Assembly (NCBI GenBank): GCA_965153455.1 | Contig: OZ234493.1 | Coordinates: 3,472,001-3,536,000, forward strand | Length of the DNA: 64,000 bases | Direction: 5' to 3' | Origin: Sphagnum compactum | Taxonomy: Eukaryota | Part shown: positions 13,659 to 27,200 of the stretch, piece by piece | Layout of the letters: each line of letters opens with the position of its first letter | How positions within the stretch are numbered: the stretch's first letter is position 1 | Position numbers and translations under genes: made by a program | The notes under the pieces: model-generated | Seen by the model: the letters and a program-made list of their open reading frames with translations, nothing else | Database searches by the model: none | Told to the model about the DNA's origin: nothing

Positions 13659-16077
13659 TATAATATTACTACTACTCCTGACAGGGACGAGAATCAGGCT
13701 TGTGATTCAACATCTCGTGATCTCTAACAGCACCCCCGACACCACGTACCGCTGGGTGGGTAAGGAGTGCTTCAGATTTCAAAGGAGTATCAACGACGTG
13801 TTTGACCAAAGATGAAGCAGAATCTGATTCTACAAGTATGTAGCAATTTCAGTTTACTAGTTTCAACTCGAATTCGTCATGTTCATCTACCGGTGTCGTT
13901 CACGCCATGTCGGTGAATAAAATTTATTTTAGCTCGCATGCGGCTTCTAATTTGGAGTTTTGGGATGCAATTGGGCGCAAGAAATTTCCATTGATGATGC
14001 ATGCATACACTATCTCCTTATGCTAATTCACTCTGTATTGGAGAATTTCCGCGAAGACGCAAAGGACGTGATTTTTATGCCGGATTTGCAGTGGCGTTGC
14101 ACTGAACTCTCGCAACATTTCCACAGCATCTTGTGCAAGAAAGTTCCGTCCGCGCTACTGGGGGGTTTGCAATTTGCTTCGAAGCCACACAAGACGCGAT
14201 GAGGAGCTTCAAGGCTAGTCCCACTCATCTATTCTATGGATTTCGGAGATTAGATGAGATTTCTTGGAATCTCCGGGAATTATGTCGTGTAATGTTGTGT
14301 TTCGTCACTCCTGGCGATAGGCAAGAAGGCAACGTTATGAGTAGAAAATGCGAGGATTAAGAGTTCTACCGCGCGTCTTTCCCACACAGACAACCTTCGT
14401 TTCAACACATAGCGTTCAAGTTTCAAACCTTTCGACTCCGTTTCAATCTTAAACTTTCCGAGCGTTAGAACGATCTTCAATCTCCAACATATGACGACAG
14501 CAAAGAATTTCCCAAAAGCTCCCCTATGTAGAATTTTAAAGCACAAGTCCCCCTGGATGTCAGAGGGGCTCTCTGTTCCCAGTTTCTTGTTAAGGGGGGA
14601 TTGTGAAGTGGGATTGTACTTCACAAGGTAAAATGTGGGACCACACATGATGTTCATTGTTTTTCTTGGGTGGTTTCTTAAATGTTTTGTTCTGATGAGT
14701 TTCACTTTGATAACATGTGATTGCCCAATGATGTTCTTGGCTGCTTTCTTCAATAATTTCTTGTCATGGGTCTCACTTTGACAACATGCTATTCTAGCAG
14801 TTTCACGTTTAGGGTGTTTTCAAAGCTTTTGCATTTAAAAGCCCATTTCAGATCATAGGTTATTTTAGGTCTTATTTCAAGGTGTTTTTAGAACAATTTG
14901 TGTGAAATCTCATATTAGAAGAAGATAATAGAAGCAACTGTGCAAATGTAGAAATCAAATTTATTTTTTTCAAATCAAAATTGGTTCCATTCTGATTCTA
15001 TACAACACTAAACTGCCACTCTAAAATGTAAGCAAAGTGCACAAGTAATGCGCTAGAAACCTGTTTGTAAATAGCTATTACACATTGAACCGTTAGTTCA
15101 CCCAAGATAACTAAGAAAACAAATTCAGACCAACAAATCCAGCAATCCCATTAGCCTGGAAAAGAAATCTTCAGGCCTACACACAACCCCATTCCGCCGA
15201 CAATTGAAAATAATGGTCCCTTTCTAACATTTCCATTGGTCCTCTAAAATTCTCACAAGCCTTTGATCTCACAATCCATAGACCACTGTCTTCAAACCTG
15301 CCTAAGCATCCTGAGATCAATCTATTTCTAAACTGCAAAAAGTGGCTCAAGCATTTGATTGTGGACAGCTACCAACAACAAGGTGAACACTGTAGATACT
15401 TGTCTTGTACAGATGTGGCTGCACCAGTGAAACTCCAGAGTGTCTCCTATCCATGCTTCATTACTTGTTGTGCCCCAAAGTTTTGACATTTGCAAAATTA
15501 CTACTCTTCAGAAAAATGAAGTGTCTAGGTATCACCTGCAGCAGGCCCTTCATCACCTCGACCTGTTCCATGAACAAATATGCCTTTTCATGATTTGGAA
15601 CAACAATTGTGCTACTTTGGTGGCAAAGGGATTTAAACCTTACAAAAGATATTTTGACAATGTCTAATGTGAGAGTCTCCCTTCCCTTACTGAAGCAAGG
15701 GCGGACAAGTAGTGAACTTAACAATTTTATTGAATGTTCTCAATACCCTTACTACCTGGACTGGAGATGTACCTGAGGAGTACACTAGGTGAAAGGGAGA
15801 GCTATTTCTTGAGTGCAATGCCTACTAGCTCAATGTTGTGTTGTGTTGCCTGAAGCTGACAAAGCACATCATCAAGCATAAGGCTAGACTCTCGTACAGC
15901 TATAGTTCCATCTATCTCCAAGGTGGCACAGTTACATGCAGAATTGAAGTCAAACTCACAATAGCACTCATCTTATGTGTAAAGACACAAATGCATGAAA
16001 AAGACAAGAATTTACCCTGAGGAAGCACAATGTTCAAGATCCAACATTGAAAGAATTGACATTCAAAAGCCAGATTC

Positions 16078-16206
16078 AGGTACCTATTGTTTGACAAGGA
16101 TGCAAACCACTGTATCAGAGGGCATTCGAGGCCAGGCTGCAGGCCTACCTATTGTTTGACAAGGATGCAAGCTGCTGTATCAGAGGGCATTGGAAGCCAG
16201 GCTGCT
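16078..16206. repeat. Two-copy tandem duplication (~63 bp)
   Basis: cctattgtttgacaaggatgcaa..ctgtatcagagggcatt.ga.gccaggctgc occurs twice in tandem. Confidence 0.85.
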
Positions 16207-16229
16207 GGCCATGGCAACGTGCTCAACAC

Positions 16230-17330
16230 CACAATGCTCATGTTGACAGTATTTCAACATTCATCTCTTGCAGAAGGATGCACCAAATTGGAAGTCTAGC
16301 TTGACTCAGGAGAATTGGGCTGATGTGGACTGCAACAGGTAGCAAACCAAAGACACTTTTGATGGGCCAGAGAAGGTAAACTTAGCAGAAGATATGTTTG
16401 TGGAGAACTGAATACATTTTGCAAGGACTTCTTTCAATGCTTTTGCCATATCCAATCAAGTATGCCAAACTCATCAACTGCACATTTGCAAATTAACACC
16501 CATACCCTTCCCATAGGTCATTCTATGGCATAACCACACGTGTCAGGACAAGAAAAAGAACAATTGAGCATTACAGAATGAGAACTCAAGCGTCTATATA
16601 TCAAGTTGCCCAACTGTATTTCTGTGGCATTAATAAAGAGAGGACAATGCATAAAATTACAAGTCAGCCTGAAGCTGGTAAAAATTCTTTTCCATAGTAC
16701 ATGTGTTCCTCCATTTAAAGCATTGAGCTCCAACTGTAGAATAGCTCTGCAGCAGCACAGAAATTTTGGTAGGTCAAAAGGCCTGAAGATTACATGTAAC
16801 ATGCAGCCACAGAGGATTATATGATCTATGACATTGTAGATTGCCAAGCTCTTCTGGAACATGCAAAATTCTTGGAACATAGTTTAAAGAGTGCAGAGAA
16901 TTAGTTGAGTGGTCATAGTTTCACAAGAAATCTAGCAAAGATTGCCATGCTGCCTTAGGACTAAACTTTTTGTTCATCAACAAAGGCATTGACACAATGA
17001 CAGTGGATGCTAAGTGGAGTGTGCATCTCATGAATTTGGACATTTGGCCCAGGATGCTCACTAGCTTTATGCACCTTCTGAACTTGGTCTGTGAAGAGGT
17101 GAAAATGTGCTGGGGGTTTAAGGATGTTGCACCATCTGACTTGGCACATCCATCCCCCATCTATGTGGTTGTTTCAGCTGACTTCAACAATGATGGTTAT
17201 AAAGAGCAGCTTCAATTGTATAGCATAGTAGCAACCACTTTTCTGTTGGGTGGGTAGATTTTCTCAATTCCAAGCTATCCAAGTCATGTAGGCAATCAAA
17301 TAGATTCCGTGCTTTTTAGTGCAAAATGTC
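16230..17330 (-). mobile_element. Second, highly degenerate hAT-like transposase relic
   Basis: Minus-strand fragments YPPNRKVVATML (cf. Y-x-P-P-S-R-K), TT*MGDGCAKSDG (cf. T-L-M-x-D-G-W) and MRCTLHL (cf. C-x-x-H) occur in the order expected for hAT transposases. Confidence 0.5.
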
Positions 17331-17737
17331 CTCTGTCCTTCAAACCAGTTGGCCTCTTTCAGAGCAATGGAGGTCTTTCTTGGGTTGTGAAATCACAGGA
17401 GAAATGTACATTGTTTGATTGCTGGTTGGTGATTGAACCATGCCTCAGTGGTTTTGTTTTCTTCTGTTCCTATATCCAGGGTTTTGTTCTTTGGTGGAAG
17501 AGTGAGTGATTTAATGGCGTAGTACATAGGAATCGGGCTAGCTACAATAGCTTCAAAAGGAGAACCTGGAAATTGGTACATGGGCAAAGAAGCTGTGTTT
17601 GCCCCTGAGCTGGTTTTCTCAGAATCTAAGCAATAAATAAAAGTCCTCTTAGAGCACTATAGTGTTACTTATTAGAAATGTGAGTGCCTTCTTGTACTCC
17701 ATTACCATGCTCTTTCTTGTTGATGATACGTATATTC

Positions 17738-17983
17738 CAGTGTTGTGCGTGTAAGTGCCAATAGCTGTGTATATGGCATGTAAATCCCGTGTAAGTGTGT
17801 AAATCATTTACACTTACACATCCAAATTTTTTACACTTATACTTATCCTGGTGCAGCGTATATGTATTTTTTCCACTTACATGTAGCCAGTGTAAATATT
17901 TGTCAAATACACTTACACGGCCCCATGTAAATGTTTTGGGATGTGTAAGTGTAAATACTAAAATTATTTGTAAAGTCACCCTG
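17738..17983. repeat. Cluster of TTACAC/GTGTAA motifs with ~30-bp inverted repeat (probable transposon subterminal region or MITE)
   Basis: tttacacttacacatccaaattttttacac (~17807) versus atgtaaatgttttgggatgtgtaagtgtaaa (~17926). The cluster ends in ...gtcaccctg (CAGGGTG on the - strand, a hAT-like terminus). Confidence 0.55.
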
Positions 17984-18493
17984 TCTTTGGGCCTCCCTTC
18001 ACCCCAAACCCTTCTTTGGGGGGGGTATCCATAAAGTAAGAAAATTTTATTAAATCTGGGAATGAAATGCTGAAAATCAGCATTTAATGCCCAAGGTTCA
18101 AGACTAATACAGTAGTCTGTGAAAGCAGTTACAAGTAGGAGCAGTGAAAATATATGCAGCAACAATGGAGGCGCTGAAGAAAAAGGAAAGATAGGGTGAA
18201 ACTGAGTTCACCACAAAAACTGAGGTCCCCCACCTTTGAGCTAATGTTTTTCTTTTTTAGGGGTAGGTTTTTATTTGTTTGAATTTCACCCTATTTATGA
18301 TCAAACTCAGGGTTCTAGTGTTGTTTTCCTTACTTTATAGATAATTTTATTATATATCTTTGATGACCATACTTTCTTGCAAAGTTATATGAATTGGTTG
18401 TGAGTGTATTATATTTTGATAGGTTTTTTTGCAATGGGCCATTTAGCTGGCTTATCATCGTTGGATGTTTAGTACCTTCATTATTGTGAAGAA

Positions 18494-18863
18494 TGTTGAT
18501 TTACAAAGGACTCCATCTAGAATGCACAAGTTGCAGCAGCAAAGCTTACAAGAGACAAATGAAATTATGTAGATAGAGCTTACTAGTCACTATTGGTGCT
18601 GATCATGCAGATTAAAACTAAACACATACTTGTGCTTGACCAGGCATGTGACCATTAGAGAAAATGAGATGATTTTATAGAACAAAAGCTAGCTTATATA
18701 AAACTTAACAAATAAATGCAGAAAGAAAAATCAGCATCAAGTCTTTCAACAGATGGCCCTTAAAAGCAAGGTGCAACAATAAATAGCACATGACTTTAGA
18801 GAGAACGAGCCAACTATAGTCAAGTTTAGTAAATAAGCTTGATAGCTCATTGTAATCTTATCA
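18494..18863 (-). repeat. 3' LTR of Copia element
   Basis: TGTTGA...TTATCA on the + strand. Adjacent ctcccactcaa (18864-18874) is the polypurine tract TTGAGTGGGAG on the - strand. Confidence 0.93.
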
Positions 18864-20824
18864 CTCCCACTCAATGATGTCTAACTTTCTATTCAAGGTG
18901 AACTAATCCTAATTTGCTTCTGCAAGTTTCAAACTGATTTCTAGTGATACCTTTGTAAGAATATTAGTGGTCATTTCCTTCATCGAATAATATTGAAATT
19001 CAAGGTTGTTGCTACATATATGTTCCTTCACAAAATGGAACTAAATATCTATGTGTTTTACACGAGTGATGCATAGGATTTTTTAGCAACACTAAATTTC
19101 TTTAAGGGTCGGTAAAAATTATAGTTGATTTTTCAATTTGTACCCAACTTCTCCAAGAAACCTTTTGAGCCATAAAACACCTTTCATTGCTTGAGTAGAA
19201 ACCATGTATTCTCCCTCCATAAAGGAAAGGGCTACTATAGCTTGCTTCTTGCTTGCCCAAGAAACAACTATTCCTCTAAGAAGGAAGGCATAACTTATTG
19301 TTGATCTCCTAGTATCAACATTCCCTCCCCAATGTGAGTCACAAAAACCATACAATTGTACACCAATATCTTTCTTGAAAGGATCTACAAAATATCGTAA
19401 TGCAATATTCTAAATACCTTGCAAATATCTAAATACTCGCTTCACAGCTTGCCAATGTGGAAGTCCATGGTCTAACTTCAACTTGCTACCATAATTTTCT
19501 ACAAGAAAATTGTTTAACTTCTAGTACCAAGCTTAAGTTCTAAGTTTTAGCCCATCTAAAGATTTTTGTAACTTGTAAACAAGTTCTTCTTACCTTTTTA
19601 AAACTTGTCCATCAAGTTGTTCCATGAAAAAAACTTCCCCTAAAATCACCATTCAAGAATGCACTTTTGAAATCAACTTGGTATACTTCCAAATCTCTTA
19701 TCGCAACTATAGCCAATAACACCCTAATGGAAATGAACTTCACCACCAGAACAAATGTATTGCTAAAGTTTATTTTGTGTTTCTGTGTGTAACCTTTAGC
19801 TACCAATCTTGCCTTGTGATATACAATTTGATCGTGAGCATTCTTCTTAGTTCAAAACACCCACTTGCAACCAATAGCTTTGCAATTTGCTAGAAGCTTT
19901 GACAATAACCATGTGTTGTTCTTTCTCAAAGAACTGATCTTTTCTTCCACAACTACCTTCCAATTTTGCGCGTCATCTCTAGTTAGGGCTTCAATAAAAA
20001 TCACTAAATCCTCCAATGAGTTCACAATGTTTGCAAATTCGGCCAAAATCACAAAATCTTCCAGCCTTTTTGGAAGTTTTTGCTCCATAGTAGGTATGTG
20101 ATGGACTTGCACAACTGGCTCTAATGATTCCTCATTGCCATGATCCTCAATAGTGACTTCAAAATGAAAATCTTCAATAGTGACTTCAGAATCCTGAGGG
20201 TCCTTGTTGATTTGCTAATTTTCATCACCATATGTTTCTTTTGTGAAATCTTTTAATTAGGTCATGGTTTGAAGTGGTGGGCTTTCAAACACTAAAACAT
20301 CTCTACTGATGCACAACCTTTTTTGAACTAGCATCCACACTTTATATGACTTGTCATCATAACCCACAAAGATGCCTTGAATATTTTTATTATCCAATTT
20401 CCACATGTGTTCCTATGGTTTATGGACAAATGCAACAAGTGCTACCAAAAACTTTGATATGTTCAACATTTGGTTTTTCTTTGTTCCAAACTTTTACTAA
20501 TGGAGTTACGTCTTCAGCAACTATTGGGACTCCTATTTTTAAGTAAATAGTCATCAACACTGCTTTTGCCCACAAGCTACAAGCTATGTTTTTGATGTGG
20601 AACATGCACCTAACCATCTCAACCAAAGTTTAATTCAACCTTTCTTCAACACCATTGGATTGTGAATTGTATGGTGTAATGAAGTGTTACTGAATGTTTT
20701 TCACTTTGTAGTGATCCTTGAAAGTTTTAAAAATGAACTCACCACCATTGTCACCCTAGATGGCCTTGATCTTCCTTCCTAAGCTAGTTTCCACCATGGC
20801 TTGAAACTCTTTGAAGACCGCCAA

Positions 20825-21448
20825 GGGATGAAAGCATGAATAGGGGGACTATTTGGATTGTCACACTTGTAATTATTATGGATTACATACAAATGTCAAA
20901 TTTAAAGCCATATTCAAAATTAACGTTATCAAATTTTTAATTATTCATGTTGTCATAAACTTTAATGGTAATCATCATAAAAAAATTTGGATGAATTCTA
21001 AGAAGATTATGGACTTGTAATGGACTTTTGAAATGACAACATTACGCGTGTCACATAGTGAAAATGAAAAATGTGGACTTTAAAAATGCATCAAAGTAGT
21101 GTCAAAATAAAAAAATTTAAAAACCATTATCAAATGAAGAATTGATTAGTGAAATGCATTGAAATTTTCCTAATATATATACTTTTAATTTTAAATGATG
21201 TGATTGTTATAAATTTTATCCTTGGGAGTCCATTTCACATTAAATTTTTAAAACTTTTGCATGGATTTTTTTATCAATCACATGTTTAAGGATATTCATA
21301 AGTTGGCTAATTAATATTTATGATTAAAAGCATAGGGGATAATTATAGGATTTATGGTTTGATAATTGTTAAAACTGCAAAAAAAACTAATGTTAAATTA
21401 TGGACTTTCAAATGCCACTTTTGAAACACTTAACCATGCTTTTGCCCC
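20825..21448. mobile_element. MITE nested in the Copia integrase
   Basis: 14-bp imperfect TIRs (gggatgaaagcatg / reverse complement ggggcaaaagcatg) and a 2-3-bp TSD (AA or CAA). Removing it restores integrase KQKSEA-LAVFKEF. Confidence 0.85.
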
Positions 21449-21932
21449 AAGGCTTCTGATTTTTGTTTCAAAAAATAAGTTCACACCATTCTAGTGTTGT
21501 CATTCATGAAAGTCATGCTTAACTCCTCCCATTGAAGTTGTTTTCATCGAGCCACACAAATATATGTGTACTAATTCCAAGGGAGAGTGGTGAAATTTTG
21601 AAGGTCTCCTTCTTGGAATGGACTCCTACATTGTTTGCCAGCAACACAACCTATGCAAAAATCAAGTTGGCAATCAATCTTAACAAGCATTCCAATGACT
21701 AGGTTTTTCTACAAGAGAAGCTTCAAATTTTGTTCACCTAAATGGCCAAATCTTTCATGCCAAATTGTCAAGTCCTCATTCTTTCAAGCAACTTGAACAC
21801 TCTCATGAACTAATATTGGTGAGCATAATAATTTATACAACATTTTTTTTTAAACTAGTTTTGCAAGAATTCTTAAACATCATTTTTTATGATACATTCT
21901 TCCTATTGAAATTTTACCTTGAAGATTTGAAC

Positions 21933-22753
21933 TGTCGCAACCCCACTTTGTCCAAGTGTGGGGGTGAAGCCCAACACTTGGAAAAGTTGGAGGTTTTGAG
22001 CCCTCCGGGACTCCCGAATGTTCAGAGCTCGACAGCAAGGCCCAAAACACCTCGCATTGGGGTGTTCTTGGTGTCATTGGAAAGGTCTTGAAACGTAGAT
22101 ATCGAAAATGGCCTCGCATTGACCATTTGGACATCCGCAGCCCAAGTTATGGGCAAAAGAAGGGCCGGGAGTCAAACTGGCAGTTTGACTCCCGACCACT
22201 AAAAGTCGGGAATCGACCCTTTCCCGACGTCGCCTGATGGAGTGCGACATGGCGTTGGAAAGATCTCGACGAGGGTTACAACTTTGGTTCAGACCTCGTT
22301 GCGATCGGATTCCGGAGTCAGGAGTTATGGCAGCTCAAAGTTCCGGGAGTCCCGCCGGGACAATTTCGGGACTCCATTTCGGGAGTCCCAACAAAATGTG
22401 CCATTTGGATGTAGCCTCCGTGGTGAGCTGCAGAGATAACTATAAGGGGGAAGGTGGTGGCTTCCCCCAAGTCCGGGCCGTGGTGAGTCAAGTAGTCCAA
22501 AGTGCCCATGGCTTGTCCCAACACCCAAGGGTGTTCCCGAATGTGAACTAACCCATTTGTGGTTGGTTTTGGATGCAGATTCGTGCTTGATCTACTAGTC
22601 CATCTTCCTAGTCTAATCCCGGGGCTTCCAACTCGACCCTCTACCCCTTTCTAGAGTTGGAAGTCGGGAGCATGCCCTTCGGTCCCAACTTTCCGCAACT
22701 TCACATTGGTGAACCCTTCAAGTAGGTTCACCCCGGGACTAAGGAGCGCGTCA
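21933..22753. mobile_element. Solo LTR (821 bp) nested in the Copia pol region
   Basis: TGTCGCAACC...GCGCGTCA with a perfect 5-bp TSD TGAAC (21928-21932, 22754-22758). GC/CpG-rich relative to the host element. Removing it restores SQATVQIFKVKF. Confidence 0.92.
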
Positions 22754-23825
22754 TGAACGGTAGCCTGACTAATTGAAAAAAAAATCTTAACAAGATAGGA
22801 ACATCCAACACTTCGTGCAAGACACTTCTAACCTCACACTCTTCCACTCTCACATTGTTTAAATGAACATTTCCCATTCCAACGACCTTTTGGACAGAAT
22901 TGTCACCCATGTAAATGGATTTTTAAAAAATAATCTTGTGGTCAAAGAAAGCATCTTTCTAGAATGTGAGGTGTTGAAACATTCTTGAATTGATGTACCA
23001 TGTTTTGTTTTTTGAACCATTCGTTGTTGTAGAGAAAGCTTGTTGTACAACAATGGTTATACTTCCTTAATCTGGTCCTTCTGCCTCTGGTCTACTAATT
23101 TCTTTTTGTAGTCTATTGCTAGTGCCTAGGTTTCTTGTAGTAATTACAAAGATCTTTCTTGTTTTTTTTTATGGTTGCCTTCTAATCGATTGATAAATTT
23201 CTAGTAATTGCTTTAGATATGCATGAAACCAAGGCTGATCCTCCTTCAATTGAACATTCATTCTCCTTCTTTTTCTTTAATTTTTCGTGAAGAAAGCTTG
23301 TTGTCACAAACTCAATGTCAAGATTAGTGTTAGCTTGTGATTCTAATGCAACTATCAGATTATTGCAAAACTCTTGCAAGGTACGCAATAGCACCATCAA
23401 AACATCATTTTTTTCAACCTTGGTTCCAATGGCTTCAAGCTATTGAGCCATAGATTTTATTTTATTGATGTGTTCCAGCATGTTGTCTGTGGGATTCATT
23501 TTTATACACAAATAGTTGTCGTCTCAAGAACAATTTGTTTACTAAACCTTTAGTTTCATATACTTTCAACAAACAATCCCATGTCTCTTTTGATGTTTTC
23601 GCTCCAATCACATTTTGAAGCAAAAAATCATGCATTCCCATGACAATGATGGTCTTGACCTTCATGTCTCTCTTCTCTCACTTTGCAAAATTATCTACTA
23701 GTTTGACATTTGTTCTTGACACTACATTCCAAAGTTCTTTTGTCTTTGAATAACATTTGCATTTTGAATTTCTAGAAATGTAAGTTTTTTCCTACAAACT
23801 TAGTGAATACAAATGTGAATCCTTA

Positions 23826-23838
23826 TGGGCCCATAACT
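23826..23838 (-). promoter_or_regulatory. Primer-binding site of half-tRNA(iMet) type (AGTTATGGGCCCA)
   Basis: Directly follows the 5' LTR ...TCAACA on the - strand. Matches the GGTTATGGGCCCAG-type PBS rather than the usual TGGTATCAGAGC. Confidence 0.75.
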
Positions 23839-24208
23839 TGTTGACTTACTAAGGACTCCATCTAAAATGCACAAGTTGCAACAACAAAGCTTACAAAAAA
23901 CAAATGAAACCATGTAGTTTAAGGCTTACTAATCACCACTAATGTTGATCATGTAGACCAAGACTAAGCACATACTTGTGCTTCACTAGGCACATGACCA
24001 GTAAAGAAAGTGAAATGGTTTTATAAAACAAAAGTTAGCTTATTAAAGCTTAACAAATAAATGTGTAGAGAAAAATCAATAGCAAGTCTCTCAGTAGTTT
24101 GCCCCTAAAAGCAAAGCGTAGAAATAAATAGCACATGACTCCAAAAAGAACTAGCTAATTGTAGTCAAGTTCAACAAATAAGCTTGACATCTTAGTGTAA
24201 TCTTATCA
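23839..24208 (-). repeat. 5' LTR of Copia element
   Basis: Colinear with 18494-18863 at roughly 80% identity by eye, mostly transitions. Confidence 0.93.
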
Positions 24209-27200
24209 AAGAATGATTCTTGTGTGCTATCTTGATCATATTTCTTCTATTGGATGTTTGTTCAGTTGGTTTTTAAAACATGCAAAAAAAAATTCTAATT
24301 AGATGGACCTTTCTTACATATTCTTAAAAAACAAATGGAGACAAGACACTGGGTTTTTAGTTGCCCTGAGCAAGTATGAAACAATCCTTGAATCAACCAT
24401 TATCAAGCCTCATATTAATGCATGGAGTGGTGTAGTTGAGCAGAAACCACAATTTCACCATCTAGGGATAACTTTATTTTGCTACATTTTATGGGAGATA
24501 ATTGATGAATTGATATGGCTTTAAAAGGGCTTGGGCCTCCTCATTTGGATGTGATGAACATAACTATCCTCAACAATTGGAATTTTAGCTTATAGATTTG
24601 GAAACTAGAAACTTCAATTCCATCTTCCTATTTTCCATTCCTATGAGATGATGAATAGTTATCATTAATAGCAGTGACGATTAATATCACATTCACATGG
24701 TCTTATGTAGTTTGTGTTATGTGTGAACTCATGTGAATGTGGTAGCAAGTGGGAGTCCAAAGTGCAAGGTATGGTAGCAAATCCATAGCATGTGAGGAAA
24801 ATGAAGAAGAGGAGGTTCAACATGATGAAACTTATGGTGCATAAGTGTTTCTCATTTCATAGCTAGGGATCATCATGTGAAACCCAACATCATGGTTGAT
24901 GAAGTTGAGGTCAAAATGGCATTCGATCCACTAGGTGACTGCAAGTTATAGTGGCTTAATTTTGATGTCGCAATGGCGATTTTTATGATGTGGGTGTAAA
25001 TGCAATGGTTAATCTTATATTATATTTCATAATTTTTCAATTATTTTGACTTAATTTGAGAATATTAACTTAAGTATGTGTATAATGTAAATATATTTGT
25101 TATGCATAACTTATAAAATTAAAAAATATATGCACTTGTAAAGTGAAATTCATGAACTTTCACCTTTGACAACAAGTTTCATATATGGATTTTCAAAATG
25201 GTCCAATGATTGATATTATGATTCTTAAGAATTTCATTTAATTAAAAATATATATCAGTAAAATTGTTTAAAAAATTCTACAACATTTCAATCATAATTT
25301 ATTCTTAATGTGTTTTATGTTTGTTTTCGTTAGTATTAAACATATGGGTCTTTTCAAAAGTCTATATCATTATATCAAGAAATATAATTCATTTTATGTT
25401 GGGTTTGTGCACACTTGTATAGAAAAATAATTTCTAATTGGGCATAAATAAATGAATTTTTTTGGAATTGATGGACTATTGTTGCTTAACTATATAGTCT
25501 TTTCAAGCTTATAGATATATATATATATATATATATAAGGAAATGGACTTTGGTTGATGTATTCAAGTGTTATTTTTTACCCACTATAGTTTTCATCCAC
25601 CCTTTTTTTTGGCCTATGGGATGAGATTAATGGAGGTGATCAAACAAACAACCCACAAAAATATGAACATTGTTTATGCAAATATAAAGCTTAAACTAGA
25701 CCTAGCTTATGTTGTTGTATCCCACACTCAATTTTGTCACCTAACCTTTTCAATTGTTTTTGTGCAACGTCTTGCTAGAATTTATAAATCAATCTACCCC
25801 AAAAATAAATGGAAATAATGCATAAGGTTCAAAGGTTGATATTTTCTACATTACTTGGAAATTGTGAAATTTGCATTTTCATTATCTCATAATAATAGCA
25901 ACATGGGGTTGGTTTGAATGGATCATGGGGATGAATGACCAAATTTGAAATTGAATTGCCAAATGAATGGGAACAATGCACAAGGTTGGGTTGGTGAATG
26001 TTTTCATGTGCAACTTGTTGATTATATAATCCAATTCCCAATGGTCTAAGTGTGGCAAATGGGCCTGTTGATGGGTGTGGTAAGTAAATAATAACAAGAG
26101 GTAGATTAAATTGAAAATTATCACACAATGTTTGGTGTGAGTAATTGATACCTCTTATAAATTTCTTAATAAAGCATGGTCTTTCTCAGCCCATTCCAAG
26201 TGCTTTCATTTGAAACATGAAACTTCAATGATGCAATGTTGAGATTTGTGAAAAAATGGACAATGCAACATTTAATAATCACACAATTCCTATTACTAAT
26301 ATGAAGTTGGTGCTTGTAGTAGCATACAGGGTTAATTTTTCTTAAGTGGCCATATTGGTTGATTTTTGGACAACCATAGAAAAGACTTCATAAAATACAT
26401 GATTTCTTTGTCAAATAAGATTGATGCATATCTATAAAGGTTTTAAATAATTAAATGATTTCAATTGTGTTAAAACATTTGTGTCTAACTCAACATACTG
26501 CCAATAATAAACCTATTAAAAAGAGGTGGAAGATCCTACCTACTTTAAATTGAGTGCAAGCTTTTCTTCACCAATTTCATTTATTTCTTCTTAAATGTAG
26601 TGTAGATCCAACTAATGTAAAGCTTATCTTTATTGTCCTTCAAGTTCTAGGGCAATGTCTTTATCAATGGGTTTCGAGCTCTACATCATAACAATGTTAA
26701 CTTTGAAATAAATAAGCAAATCGTTGGATTACACCAAAACATGGACAATGAACAAGCTTCAATTGCATTTCAAAACAAAATTCTTCTGTGAATATTTATT
26801 GGAGAAGTCAGTAATGAGGTATAAAACATGTTTATTGGATTTATTAATCTACTTATCCATGTAGCTAACATGACCTTTCAACATATAAATGAAATTGTTT
26901 GATGTGAAATTGTTTAGGTTTATGTGTCCAACAAGTTTGGAAAAATCTATGGATAAATAAGTTTGACATATCCATTCTACTACATTGATATTTAATCAAG
27001 CGTATAGAAAACATGTTGAAAGTCAAGGGTAAATGTACATATGGTTACAATTTTGCATAATACAATAAAATGTTTATTTGTAATTCATACATCTATCAAA
27101 GTCCATGCACCTTCCTCTTGAGGCTAACTATCAAAAGTTAATAAAGGACAAAGAATGACCATGTACTTGGTCTATAATGGACCACAAATTTTGAACTATG

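Larger units (their letters stand above)
18494..24208 (-). mobile_element. Full-length degenerate Ty1/Copia LTR retrotransposon
   Basis: Two 370-bp LTRs (TG...CA) and a 5-bp TSD AAGAA (18489-18493, 24209-24213). Minus-strand order is gag (KFVGKNLHF*KFKMQM; TKGLVNKLFLRRQL), protease, integrase (YFLKQKSEA/LAVFKEFQAMVE; LWAKAV), RT (KAIGCKWVF; LVAKGYTQ; QVDFKSAFLNGD) and RNase H (GFCDSHWGGNVDTRRST...SWASKKQ). INT before RT defines Copia. Many stops, and the RT has an internal deletion. Confidence 0.95.

Noticed and set aside
17665..18165. 166-aa ORF on the - strand
   Set aside because: Runs across the TTACAC repeat cluster and has no protein-like motif.
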